Assembly (NCBI GenBank): GCA_000092065.1
Contig: CP000601.1
From: Ostreococcus lucimarinus
Taxonomy: Eukaryota
Length of the DNA stretch: 64,000 nucleotides
Strand: one strand, 5' to 3'
The notes under the pieces are model-generated. The model searched no databases and was not told where the DNA came from. It worked only from the letters and a program-made list of their open reading frames with translations. This document shows positions 30,201-38,960 of the stretch, one piece after another. Both the position numbers and the translations under genes were made by a program. Numbering within the stretch: the first letter of the stretch is position 1; the number at the start of each line of letters is the position of its first letter.

Positions 30201-31519
30201 AAACTTTCGCCGAAAAGATGGCCCGCGTCAAGGAGCAAGCCGAAAAGATAAAGGCGGACAAGGAAAAGGAAAAGCTCGCGCAGGCGGCAGACCGTGCAGA
30301 ATTACAAGTACTTCAAACTCAATGGTACGAAGAGGAGTTGAAGGTTCGCTTAGAAGCTGGAGAAAAGTGGGCTCAATTGAACGCCATGAAAGTGGCGACG
30401 CAACGACTAGTACAAGAGGCAAAGCGTAGACAAGCTGCCAGATCAAAGGTTGCTGGGACTGGGCAGTCGCTGCAGCAAGTGTTTGCAGAGTTGGAAGAGA
30501 CGGACGGGGAAGTGCCGAAAGTTAAGCTTGGTGACGCCTCCATGGCTGCACCTTTCACGAGCAGAGCCCCGAGCATTAAAGCCACGGCTGATATCATCCG
30601 TCAAGGTCGATGCACGCTCGTCTCTGCCATTCAAATGCAGCAAGTGTTGATGTTGAGTTGCCTGATTTCCGCGTACTCTCTATCCGTGTTGTACTTGGAC
30701 GGTGTTCGCAACAGCGAAAGTCAAATGATGGCGGCTGGAACCGCGCTCACGGTAGCCGGGCTTGCGTTTTCGTACGCAACACCGGTCCACACGTTGAGCG
30801 AGGTTCGTCCTCTCCGCTCGATTTTCCACCCGGCAAACTTTTTGTCCCTCTTTGGCCAACTCGTCATCCACCTCGCCGCCATGGTTTACGCTGTACATCT
30901 TGTTAAGTCCGTGACTGGGGAAGAGCTTGCTTTCCCTACTGCTGAAAAGGTGGCTGTGGTGAGTCAGGAGGTTAAAAAAGCAGCGAACGAAACGCAGCGA
31001 AGCTTCTGGGAACAGGGACCGCCTTTTGAACCGTGCTTGCTGAACACCGTCGTGTTCCTCGTTGACACCGTGCAGCGAGTATGTGTCATGCTCGTCAACT
31101 ACAAAGGACGTCCGTTCATGCTCGGTGCGATGGAGAACAAATCTCTCATGGGATCGATGGCGTCTATGGTCATCGGCGCCTTCGTGTGCGCGTTCGAAGT
31201 CATCCCATGGTTGAACAAGAAGCTCCAACTCGTATCGATGCCGGACGACGCTTTTAGATACAAGGTGCTCGGTATTCTCGCGGGATCCGTCATCGGTACC
31301 GTGGGTTGGGATCAACTCATGCTGTTCATTTTCGCTAGGGACATTTTGTTCGCGTCTTATCGCGACACCATCACCGCCATGCCGACGATGCAAGACGCGC
31401 TTCCTTTCATACGCCGAGCCATCATATGGTCCATCATCGCCATCTGGTACGTTTGGAGTGAAGGTAGCGTGTTCATCATGGTTGGCGCGATTCAGGCGTA
31501 TCGACGAGGATACATTTAG
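27254..31519 (+). CDS. P5A-type P-type ATPase (Spf1/ATP13A1-like ER ATPase)
   Basis: DKTGTIT is present along with a PPDLP-containing M4, GDGANDVGALKQAHVGVALL, a long cytosolic loop with a coiled-coil insertion, and an N-terminal membrane domain typical of P5A. The ATG at 27254 was confirmed. Confidence 0.85.
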   Translation: MAPRDGNLRVSVPAHVHDARPRTRRYRVANAVGLIHLPFFVLYAISLKKCYETSGNPYRAALAHHIDAGYDPAVFDAVGVEKTRVGEGRVRDEWTSGDGGDDASGAWDAGEPEASEDDAGATVDEEVKYEVPPTLPARWLPDFPTVLAFASIATAHALLLFAQHWSVRIRCFVQYKPINRVTEGSYFIITPHAHQGKPEIVPVSRLRVFDADGSLRTMLWCVFQRQRYEYVEIEWDEARGKGQGELREIETPKDLPLSHYVKSRGLSGEEVHHSHERYGDNALQVNIPTFWNLYKEQLTGPVTVFQIFTVLLWLMDEYWKYALFSALSLLIFEGTTAFSRQRNIATLRGMGQKAGRILVRRGGVWEDHSTEELYPGDIISIKRNGGEEVPVPCDCVLLAGSAVVNEASLTGESVPQMKEHINPEVSKDERLDMNGLHKVHILYSGTTLMQHTSKTESESSALQVTTPDGGCLCYVLQTGFASTQGKLMRMMEFSSEQVTGDTKETLVLLFILLIFALAASYNVYVKGIADGKRSQYELILRCIMIVTSVVPPDLPMQTAMAVNTALIALVKASVYCTEPFRVPVAGKVDCCLFDKTGTITSDRLVAEGVLSDLTKGAPLKQPVEADKNVSIVIGGCHALLEIDGKTFGDPLEKAALLGIKWKYDPATHLGTPKLDDKITRSWTGAENTSVKILVRNHFASALQRMSVIADVSSNSTVSRWSLVKGSPEMIKSLLKNVPQGYDAAYRGLAEQGMRVIALAHKELSAEESARVGSQSTPLTRDEAESDLVFDGFFAFACKVRADSAEIIHALQASSNNVMMATGDATLTALHVGNEVGIARGGLDGALILARDQLDKLEWQSARVDEHMKPMKVFPYEETSIRELAKEYSLCVTGKSLNVALTASGTLWDNLDQISIYARMSPDDKERVLKRLKTQGKHTLMCGDGANDVGALKQAHVGVALLSGFGSANTKKQEGAATIATKTETFAEKMARVKEQAEKIKADKEKEKLAQAADRAELQVLQTQWYEEELKVRLEAGEKWAQLNAMKVATQRLVQEAKRRQAARSKVAGTGQSLQQVFAELEETDGEVPKVKLGDASMAAPFTSRAPSIKATADIIRQGRCTLVSAIQMQQVLMLSCLISAYSLSVLYLDGVRNSESQMMAAGTALTVAGLAFSYATPVHTLSEVRPLRSIFHPANFLSLFGQLVIHLAAMVYAVHLVKSVTGEELAFPTAEKVAVVSQEVKKAANETQRSFWEQGPPFEPCLLNTVVFLVDTVQRVCVMLVNYKGRPFMLGAMENKSLMGSMASMVIGAFVCAFEVIPWLNKKLQLVSMPDDAFRYKVLGILAGSVIGTVGWDQLMLFIFARDILFASYRDTITAMPTMQDALPFIRRAIIWSIIAIWYVWSEGSVFIMVGAIQAYRRGYI

Positions 31520-31569
31520 ATATATGCTACGTTTAATATAACAACTTCCTTCCCGAGTCGCGTTGCGCG

Positions 31570-31992
31570 TTACGCCGCCGCCGTTTTTTTTCTTCGCTTT
31601 TTCGACGAACTCTTCCGCTTCTTCGTCGACTTCATCTCGCTCGAAAGTTTCTTCAACGGTTTCCTCCCCAGCGGCGCCCCACCGAGAAGAGTTCCCACGG
31701 ACACTCTCCCGCTCATCACCGCCGCGCCCAGGCAACAGACGCCGGCGAGGAACAGCTTTACCAGATTATTCGACAGCGCCCCTCCCCCTCGTCTCTGCGG
31801 CATGTTCCCTCCTCGTTTCCACGCCTCCGGCATCGGGCGATCGCCAAACGGTCGTTTCGTTCGCGTTTCGATGAGCTGTGCCGCGATCTCGGGTCGCATC
31901 ACGTCGACTTCGGCGTCGAGATAATCCAAATCATCAACCAAAATCGCGCGCATGGCGTTCGTGATCATGAACTGCACCTTGGCGGACGACAT
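31570..31992 (-). CDS. Small hypothetical protein with one hydrophobic segment and a Lys-rich tail
   Basis: 140 aa with a single hydrophobic stretch (LVKLFLAGVCCLGAAVMSG). No family recognised. Confidence 0.3.
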   Translation of the reverse strand: MSSAKVQFMITNAMRAILVDDLDYLDAEVDVMRPEIAAQLIETRTKRPFGDRPMPEAWKRGGNMPQRRGGGALSNNLVKLFLAGVCCLGAAVMSGRVSVGTLLGGAPLGRKPLKKLSSEMKSTKKRKSSSKKRRKKTAAA

Positions 31993-32269
31993 CGCGCGCG
32001 TCGGCGTGTGGTGTTCGTCGATGTGTTACGCGTCGTCGTTCGTGAACGTGATGGTGCTCGGGGCGATGAGACGGCGATGTTGAGCGCGCGTCAATGAAAC
32101 GAACGCGAAATGCGGAATGCGAAATGCGAAATGCAGCGCGCCGGCGCGGTTGGCGCGGCTGGCGGCTGGCGGTGGGCGAATAATTAATGTAATGTACAGT
32201 ACATGATGAATACAAACAACAATGAGCGAGGCGACGTGCAGGAATGGTAATGAACGATCATCTCGTGCT

Positions 32270-34546
32270 TCACTTTTTCTTCGCCGATGGCTTCTTCGCG
32301 AGACCGCTCGGACGCGCGGACGACGGCGCGTGCGTCGAGACGCTCGAGCCGCGACGCTTGGCGGTTGATTTCGTCGACATCGGAGCGCTCGAGGGTAAGC
32401 CTGCGGGACGCGCGCGTCTCGTGCGAGGAGACTTTGTCGGAGAAGCGTCATTTTCGACGTCAGACGTCGCTTTTGAGTTCGGAGGCGGCTGCGAACCATC
32501 AGAAACTTTGAAGAGATTTTCCAACGCTTCGTAGTTGATTTTCGAGCTGCCCTTCTTTTTAGCTAAGACTTGACGCGCAGCTTCCGCGGGAGTCTCCGCG
32601 GGCAGCGTGTCGGGGGCTTTTCTATGCTTCTTTTTCGTCGGCGCGCTCGTGCGGCTGGCGGCTTGCTCTTTCAAGGCTTGGAATTCCAAGTACTCCTTGT
32701 TCATCTCAGACCAAACCAAACGACGAAGGTTGACTTCGTTTTCGTTGTGAATGTACGAATCGATTTCATCGTCGTCAACGTCCGAGAGCGTATCGATGAC
32801 TTCGTTATCCTCCTTGGCGACGAGACCGTCGCTTTCAACGACCGCAAGCGCGGCCTTCGATGACGTTTGCGATGGATCGAACGGCGTCGTTTGGAAAGCC
32901 TCGACGTCGTGCGGCGAATGCTTTGCCAACTGCGCCAGAGCTGAATCGTCGAAACACTTCGCGGCTATTAAAAAGTGTAAGACCAGCGCGTCCACTTGCG
33001 CGATGCGTTCACCTTCGTTGTTCACAAAGGTTTCGTAGTTTGGATGGAGCTCACACATATGCATCTTCGACAGTCGCGCCTTGGAGAGATCGCTTGTAAA
33101 CGGTAAGCAAACGAGTTCGGCCCATCGAGATCCGACGAGCAGGCGCAGGGCGTCCTCGGCGCGTCTCAAGAAATCAGCGTCGACCGGCTCGCGGCGACTA
33201 GTTTGAACGTGATGTTGCTGTTGCTGCTTTTGCCCCTTTTTCGTCATATTCCTCGCCGAAGTCGCGCGTTTCGACGAGCAAGGTAAGGCCAAGGGCTGAA
33301 CTGAATTCAACGGCGTAGGCGACGCGAGCAGCGCGCTCAAGTCTTGCTCGAGCGCCGAGTTAAATTCTTGCGTCAACGCGTCTTCGTCTCCCAATTCGCC
33401 CGACGACAGCGCGGGCAACAAAAGCTTTTGTTTTGCATCGATTTTCCGCTTCGCTTCTGCGCGCATGAACGCGGGCGGATCGGCGCCTCCCACCGAACCC
33501 CCCGAAATTCTAACGTAATCCACGTAACACGCGCGACACATTCCGTGCGCAAAGTGCGGAATGTTTTCGTTGTCTTTGTGCACACAGCTCAGCACCGACA
33601 TTGGGCTCGACGCTAGCGATTTTGTGTTTTTATTCGCTTCTTCTTCAGCCTCAAACGTGCGAGCTTGCGTGTCAAACTCCTCGATCGACAGCGCCGCGCT
33701 CGGCGTGTTTTCGAATTCGCTCAGACGCTTCTTCAGCGTCGATTCGCCGACGTGCACCACAGCCACGACATCGCGCTTGCTCGGACTGAATCCATGAATT
33801 TGAGCGGCGACCCACAACGCGGCACCACAAATTCCATTCGGACGACGACCAGTCTGCATCCAATCCCGCTTCATGGACGCCACGAGCCGCAGCGCCGTGT
33901 TCGCCACGGTGTGCATCCGTCGTCCCAAGTTCAACTTGTCCGCGAATCGATGAATGAACAGACTCGGATCGATCGGCTTTTGCATGAGCGGATGCTGCTC
34001 CAGTCGCAACAACCGACACAACTGTAAGAACACGCCCCCCAAAACGTACACGTTCGTCTGTAAAATATCCGCGAAATCAATCAACATGTACGGTCTCGAT
34101 TCCTGTCGACAGATGATGTACATGCACGCCCCCGCCACTTGCGAAATCCTTCGCCCTCGCGTAAAATTTCTCTGCACCGCGAGCTTATACAGCCGATGCG
34201 CCGCGTCCACGACGTCCTCCCTCGGTCGTATCCCCAACCGATCCGCCAACTGTTTAATCTCCAGCTTCCCTCGATACAGCGTGCGCTCGTGCGAGTCCAA
34301 CTGCACGCCGTACAGTCTTCCGCCTCGCGTCGCCCGTATCACCCCGTGCGCCACCCCGCTCTCCGGCACGTAGTGTCCATCCGGCACGGACGCTCCCTGC
34401 GCGTTCTTCACGAACGTCGCGTCCGCGCTGAACGCCGCGCGCTCGTCTAAAATCTTCCCGCACGTCGTGCAGCACGTGAACCCGTTCGCCTCGTTCGTCT
34501 CCGCCGCGACCCGTTTCCCGCACGTCTCGCACCACCGGTGCACCAT
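32270..34546 (-). CDS. BRF1: Transcription factor IIIB subunit Brf1 (TFIIB-related, RNA polymerase III)
   Basis: The N-terminal Zn-ribbon reads MVHRWCETCGKRV...FTCCTTCGKIL, followed by two cyclin-like repeats and an acidic/Lys-rich C-terminus. The track ORF runs back to 35611, but its first 355 codons are Arg/Ala/Ser low-complexity and include translated DNA tandem repeats. The ATG at ~34546 was confirmed. Confidence 0.75.
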   Translation of the reverse strand: MVHRWCETCGKRVAAETNEANGFTCCTTCGKILDERAAFSADATFVKNAQGASVPDGHYVPESGVAHGVIRATRGGRLYGVQLDSHERTLYRGKLEIKQLADRLGIRPREDVVDAAHRLYKLAVQRNFTRGRRISQVAGACMYIICRQESRPYMLIDFADILQTNVYVLGGVFLQLCRLLRLEQHPLMQKPIDPSLFIHRFADKLNLGRRMHTVANTALRLVASMKRDWMQTGRRPNGICGAALWVAAQIHGFSPSKRDVVAVVHVGESTLKKRLSEFENTPSAALSIEEFDTQARTFEAEEEANKNTKSLASSPMSVLSCVHKDNENIPHFAHGMCRACYVDYVRISGGSVGGADPPAFMRAEAKRKIDAKQKLLLPALSSGELGDEDALTQEFNSALEQDLSALLASPTPLNSVQPLALPCSSKRATSARNMTKKGQKQQQQHHVQTSRREPVDADFLRRAEDALRLLVGSRWAELVCLPFTSDLSKARLSKMHMCELHPNYETFVNNEGERIAQVDALVLHFLIAAKCFDDSALAQLAKHSPHDVEAFQTTPFDPSQTSSKAALAVVESDGLVAKEDNEVIDTLSDVDDDEIDSYIHNENEVNLRRLVWSEMNKEYLEFQALKEQAASRTSAPTKKKHRKAPDTLPAETPAEAARQVLAKKKGSSKINYEALENLFKVSDGSQPPPNSKATSDVENDASPTKSPRTRRARPAGLPSSAPMSTKSTAKRRGSSVSTHAPSSARPSGLAKKPSAKKK

Positions 34547-34671
34547 CGCGCGCCGCACCGCGCACCTCGCGCACCTCGCGCACCTCGCGTCCCGCGCGCA
34601 CCGCGCCGTCCTCTCCCGTCGTCGCGCGTCGCGAGCCCAATCCTCGTCGCCCAATCGTCCCGCGCCGACTC

Positions 34672-34791
34672 GACGAAAAACAACCCTCGTATGGCGATCC
34701 CGGACGGACGAAAAACACCCTCGTGTGGCGATCCCGGACGAAAAATACCCTCGTATGGCGATCCCGGACGAAAAACACCCTCGTGTGGCGA
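34672..34791. repeat. Tandem array of four ~30-bp units (GACGAAAAAYACCCTCGTRTGGCGATCCCG) between the divergent Brf1 and DCAF8-like genes
   Basis: Read directly from the sequence. There are four head-to-tail copies with 1-2 substitutions each, about 125-245 bp upstream of the Brf1 ATG. Coordinates are approximate. Confidence 0.8.
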
Positions 34792-34988
34792 CGTCCAGCG
34801 CGGTCGCCGGCCGACGGGCCGCGTCAGCGCGCGCGACGCGGACGCGGACGCGCGCGACGCGCGGCAGTCGGCGGCGCGCGTCGGCCGGGCGATCGCGACG
34901 CGCGCGCTGACGCGGACCGTCGGCCGCGACGCGAGGCGCGACGCGAGGCGACCGACGAAGGACCGACGGGGCGACGGACGCGGTGGTT

Positions 34989-35020
34989 GACGGACGGACG
35001 GACGGACGGACGGACGGACG
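34989..35020. repeat. (GACG)8 tetranucleotide microsatellite
   Basis: gacggacggacggacggacggacggacggacg read directly from the sequence. Confidence 0.8.
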
Positions 35021-35081
35021 CGCGACGACGCGCGACGACGGGACGACGGGACGACGGGACGAGGCGACGAGGCGAACGTCG

Positions 35082-36860
35082 ATGGACGACGGCGCGAGAA
35101 GCGCGCGCGCCAGAGCGCGGACGAAGACGGCGCGGGACGAGGACGAAGACGGCGCGGGACGAGGCGCGGAGGCGGCGCGCGACGACGGGGCGGCGACGAC
35201 GACGCGAACGACGCGGATGGACGAGGACGGCGCGGGAGGATTCGCGCGACGGAGTCGAAATATATTCGCCGACGCGCAGCGACGGCAGTGGTGCAGAGAG
35301 CGGCAGATCGGGGAGCGACGGGGAGGCGCGGCGAGCGCGAAGACGGGGGCGACGGCGCTGCGGTGCTCGAATAAGCGCTTCGTGGAGGAATTGAGGCTGA
35401 GGGAGACGCTGGAGAAGCACGGTGGGTGCGTGAATTGCGTGAGTTGGAACGACGATGCGTCGCTGTTGATCTCTGGGAGCGATGATATGACGGTGTGCGT
35501 GTGGGGGTGCGGGGCGAAGATGCCGCTGAAGGGGTCGGCGTTCACGGGGCACACGCACAACGTCTTCGCGAGCGAATTCGTGCCGCAATCGAACAGCGCG
35601 TACTGCGTCACGACGTCCGCGGATGGAGACGTGCGGTTGGTGGATTTAGAGCGTGGGTTTCGAGGGCCCGCGCCCGCGCATTACGGTTATCGCCTGCGCG
35701 GGGCGAATCAACCGAATTCCGAGTGCAGTCGCTCGCTCTGGCACGGTCGAGGCGCGGGGATGGGGTTCGGCATGACGTTCGTGCCGAACGAACCGAATAC
35801 GTTTTTGTCGTGCCATCAAGACGGTCGCGTTCGTTTGTTCGACTTGAGGCAAAGTCACGGTGGTTTCGAAGGAAACTCACACGAAATCGTCGTCGATTTG
35901 AGCGCGTGCGGGCCGACGTCGGAAATCGTGTTCGACCCGACGGCGCCTACGACGTTCGCCGCGTGCTCGGACGATCCTCACGTGCGCGTGTTTGATCTCA
36001 GACACGTCAAGAGTAACCGGCGAGAAGCGGCGCGCGAATGTCCAGCGGCACCGAGTCCGAGCACGTCGCCCACGGGTCAACCGATGTTTCTGAGATCGCC
36101 TCGGCCTTCGATGAATCACGACATTCCGTGCGTCATGATGCTCAGTCCGCTCGAGCTCGGTCGAGGCGTGCGAAGCCCGGGCTTTGAGGGTATATCTGGC
36201 CTGGCTTACTCGTCCAAGGGCGAACTCGCGATTAACTGCAAAGGCGACGACGTGTACCTGTTGGACACTCGCCGAGCGGCGGCGAATATCAATTCTGAGG
36301 AACGTATTTTTAAGTCGTTCTCCGTGCCGTGGGAAATGCCGATCACGCATCAGGCGGCGAAGAGGTACGTCGGACGCAGAAATGTGAAAACCTTCTTAAA
36401 GGGTGTCGCTTTTATGTGCGACGATGAGTACGTCACGACGGGTGGTGACGATGGCAACGTATACGTCTGGCACAAAGATACGTGCGAGCTCGTGTGCAAA
36501 ATGCAAGCAGACAGTCAGGTGGTGAACACCGTTTTGCCGCACCCGCACTTGCCGACCATCGTGTGCTGCGGTATAGACAATCACGTGCGCGTCTTCGAAG
36601 CTGGTGATGGTGGAGTGCATCTCGGCACCCCTCCCATGCGCGATGAACACGACGCTTGGGGATTTGACGAAGAAGATGACGAGGAAGAAGAAGATACGGA
36701 TGAAGACGATGAAGACGAAGCGAGCACCGATAGCGACGACGACCACCGCGGCGAAAATCTCGCGAGATGGTCTCGAGCGCTCGTCGATGCTGCGGATGCG
36801 CCAGAAGAGGATGACGACGATGATGCCGACTTTGAACCTGATTCGATGCGCGAAAACTAA
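35082..36860 (+). CDS. WD40-repeat protein, DCAF8/WDR22-like (DDB1-CUL4 associated factor family)
   Basis: RFVEELRLRETLEKHGGCVNCVSWNDDASLLISGSDDMTVCVWG is followed by several WD repeats and an acidic DE-rich C-terminal tail. The start is uncertain: ATGs at ~35082 and ~35217 are both possible, and the track ORF begins at 34983. Confidence 0.6.
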   Translation: MDDGARSARARARTKTARDEDEDGAGRGAEAARDDGAATTTRTTRMDEDGAGGFARRSRNIFADAQRRQWCRERQIGERRGGAASAKTGATALRCSNKRFVEELRLRETLEKHGGCVNCVSWNDDASLLISGSDDMTVCVWGCGAKMPLKGSAFTGHTHNVFASEFVPQSNSAYCVTTSADGDVRLVDLERGFRGPAPAHYGYRLRGANQPNSECSRSLWHGRGAGMGFGMTFVPNEPNTFLSCHQDGRVRLFDLRQSHGGFEGNSHEIVVDLSACGPTSEIVFDPTAPTTFAACSDDPHVRVFDLRHVKSNRREAARECPAAPSPSTSPTGQPMFLRSPRPSMNHDIPCVMMLSPLELGRGVRSPGFEGISGLAYSSKGELAINCKGDDVYLLDTRRAAANINSEERIFKSFSVPWEMPITHQAAKRYVGRRNVKTFLKGVAFMCDDEYVTTGGDDGNVYVWHKDTCELVCKMQADSQVVNTVLPHPHLPTIVCCGIDNHVRVFEAGDGGVHLGTPPMRDEHDAWGFDEEDDEEEEDTDEDDEDEASTDSDDDHRGENLARWSRALVDAADAPEEDDDDDADFEPDSMREN

Positions 36861-37090
36861 ACGAATGTTCTAGCATACTGTACTGTACAACGATGGAGCT
36901 CGGAAAAACGACGCTGGCGACGACGAAGGATGACAACCGCGGTCTGGGATGATTGCGAGATGACGACGACGACGACGACGACGCTACCGAGCGAAAGAAT
37001 ATCCAATTTTTAATTTCAGCAATTAAACTGATGACGATGAAGTAGACGCGCGATGTTTAAGATGCGAAACTTCTTTTATTTAGATACGCG

Positions 37091-37762
37091 CTACTTCACG
37101 AACCTCGTAATGATGACCACAACTACGCCGACGACGACCAAAAAGAGCAAGAGCATGATGCACTTATCCGTCGCTAACCCACGGGTGATGTCCTTCAGCA
37201 CGCCAAACGACTTTTTCAACGAAAAGTGGATTTCATCGAGATCATCTACGATTTTCTCCAGTTGTTTTGTCTGCCCGCGCAACGCCTCGGCGGTTTGCGT
37301 CCCTATTTGAATCGTCTCCTCAACCACCGCTTCGCTTCGCATGATGCTCTTATCCGTTTGGTCCATGACGTTCCTACCGTGATCAATCAAATCCCCAGCC
37401 TCCATGAGTTGCAACTGCTCATCCTCTACAATCTCCCCCTTTGGCTTTGGCCGGAACGCCGGCAACGTAAACGCCGTCGACGTAGCCGTCGTCGACGTCG
37501 TCACCCCTCCCGACGTGCTCGCTTCCCCGCCCTGACTACCAACCTCGCTCTTCCTCTCTTCTTGTTTCTCCGCGATCGCAATCTGCGCCTCCTTCTTCAT
37601 CTGCACAAACTTGTTCAACCTCGACACGTATTCCTTCTTCGCCGCCGCCAACGCGTTCGCGTCCATGGCCCCTTCGCTCAGCGCCCGTCTCTCAAACTCC
37701 TTGATCAGCTTTTTACTCTCCGCCATTTTATTGGTCAACTTTTTCAAGTGTCCGCTCGACAC
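37091..37762 (-). CDS. VTI1: Vti1-family Qb-SNARE with C-terminal transmembrane anchor
   Basis: The SNARE motif IDHGRNVMDQTDKSIMRSEAVVEETIQIGTQTAEALRGQTKQLEKI matches the Vti1 pattern. The C-terminal TM reads IMLLLFLVVVGVVVVIITRF. Confidence 0.7.
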   Translation of the reverse strand: MSSGHLKKLTNKMAESKKLIKEFERRALSEGAMDANALAAAKKEYVSRLNKFVQMKKEAQIAIAEKQEERKSEVGSQGGEASTSGGVTTSTTATSTAFTLPAFRPKPKGEIVEDEQLQLMEAGDLIDHGRNVMDQTDKSIMRSEAVVEETIQIGTQTAEALRGQTKQLEKIVDDLDEIHFSLKKSFGVLKDITRGLATDKCIMLLLFLVVVGVVVVIITRFVK

Positions 37763-38247
37763 CGACGTCTCGCGGCTCTCGAGAACGTCCTTACGCTTGA
37801 ATCCGTCCCTGCGCCGACGCGTCGCGAGCTCGCTCCGTCAGTCCCGTCCCTCGCGCGTATTCCGTCTCGTCGCGTCGCTCGCGTCGCTCGAATCCCATCC
37901 CATCGCATCGCGCGACGCACTCTAACTCCGCGAACGCCGTCCGCAGCTGATCTCGCGTCGCCTGCGCGCTCATCGCGTCGTCGTCGACCGTCGATCGCGC
38001 CACGTGTTGTCGGTCGTCGTCGCCCCGCGCGCCCGTCGCGACGACTCACGCCCGATCGCGCGTCGGCGATCGCGCCGTCGTCGCGTTCTCGCCGTCGACC
38101 GATCGCGATCGCGCGATCGCGTCGAGACGTCGCGTCGAGACGTCGTCGAATTGTGGCGTCGACGCGCGCGCGCATTCGCGTCGTCGCGTCGACTCGCGAG
38201 CGATTAGAATGACTCGTTCGTTACAAACTCGCGCCCGTCGTCGTCGC

Positions 38248-38676
38248 TCAAAACAATCCGAACAGTTTCTTCTTCGGCGCCTCCTCCTTCCCGCCCTTCC
38301 CGCCCTTCCCGCTCGTCGTCTTCGTCTTGCTCGACGTCGTCCCCGCGGCGACGCCGCCCCCCGGCATCGTCCGTCCCGCGCGCGACGGTCTCGCGCTCGA
38401 GATCGTCCTCTGAAACTCCCTTCGCGCCCCGAACGCGGTCGACGCCTCCTTCGCGCCCCGCGCCTTGCGCTTGTTCTCGTCGATCTTTCGCTGCTTCTCC
38501 GCCATGCGTCGTTGAATCTCCTTCGCGTCGATGTTCGGCCCGAACCCACCGAGGCTTTCGATCTTCGGGCGCGTCGCGCGCGCGCGTCGCGTCGTCGCCG
38601 TCCCTCTTCGCGTCGTCACGCGCGTCGCGACGAGCGCGCGCGAGCGCGTCATCGTCATCGCGCGCGGCGTCGCCAT
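38248..38676 (-). CDS. Hypothetical small basic protein (transit-peptide-like N-terminus)
   Basis: 142 aa, with KIESLGGFGPNIDAKEIQRRMAEKQRKIDENKRKARGAKEA and a Gly/Lys tail. It may be genuine or a GC-driven ORF. Confidence 0.25.
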   Translation of the reverse strand: MATPRAMTMTRSRALVATRVTTRRGTATTRRARATRPKIESLGGFGPNIDAKEIQRRMAEKQRKIDENKRKARGAKEASTAFGARREFQRTISSARPSRAGRTMPGGGVAAGTTSSKTKTTSGKGGKGGKEEAPKKKLFGLF

Positions 38677-38960
38677 CGCGTCGTGCTTCGCGTCGTCGCG
38701 TTGTGTCGCGACGCGTCGCGTCCGCGCGCGTTCGGGGTCCGCGCGGCGCGGCGCGCGCGCGGAGGGCGCGCGCGCGAGGGCGCGCGCGCGAGGACGGTCT
38801 CAATCGGACGGTCTCGTCGAACGGAAGGCGCGAGCGCGGGCGGCGCGGGCGCGCGGGCGGTCGGACGGACGACGAACGACGCCATCGAGCGACGCGCGGC
38901 GGCGATGCGGTGACGACGCGCGCGAATCGGGCGAGGAAACGACGCGCGCGCGCGTCCGGG

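Noticed and set aside
34547-35611. 355-codon N-terminal extension of the Brf1 ORF, plus ORF 34254..34778
   Set aside because: It reads through the bidirectional promoter and translates a 30-bp DNA tandem repeat and a (GACG)n microsatellite. Brf1 homology begins exactly at the internal ATG (MVHRWCETCGK).
38248-38676. 142-aa basic ORF between the SNARE and the large membrane protein
   Set aside because: Kept only as a low-confidence feature. Its composition (Arg/Thr leader, Gly/Lys tail) is equally compatible with a GC-driven spurious frame, so I did not raise it as a finding.
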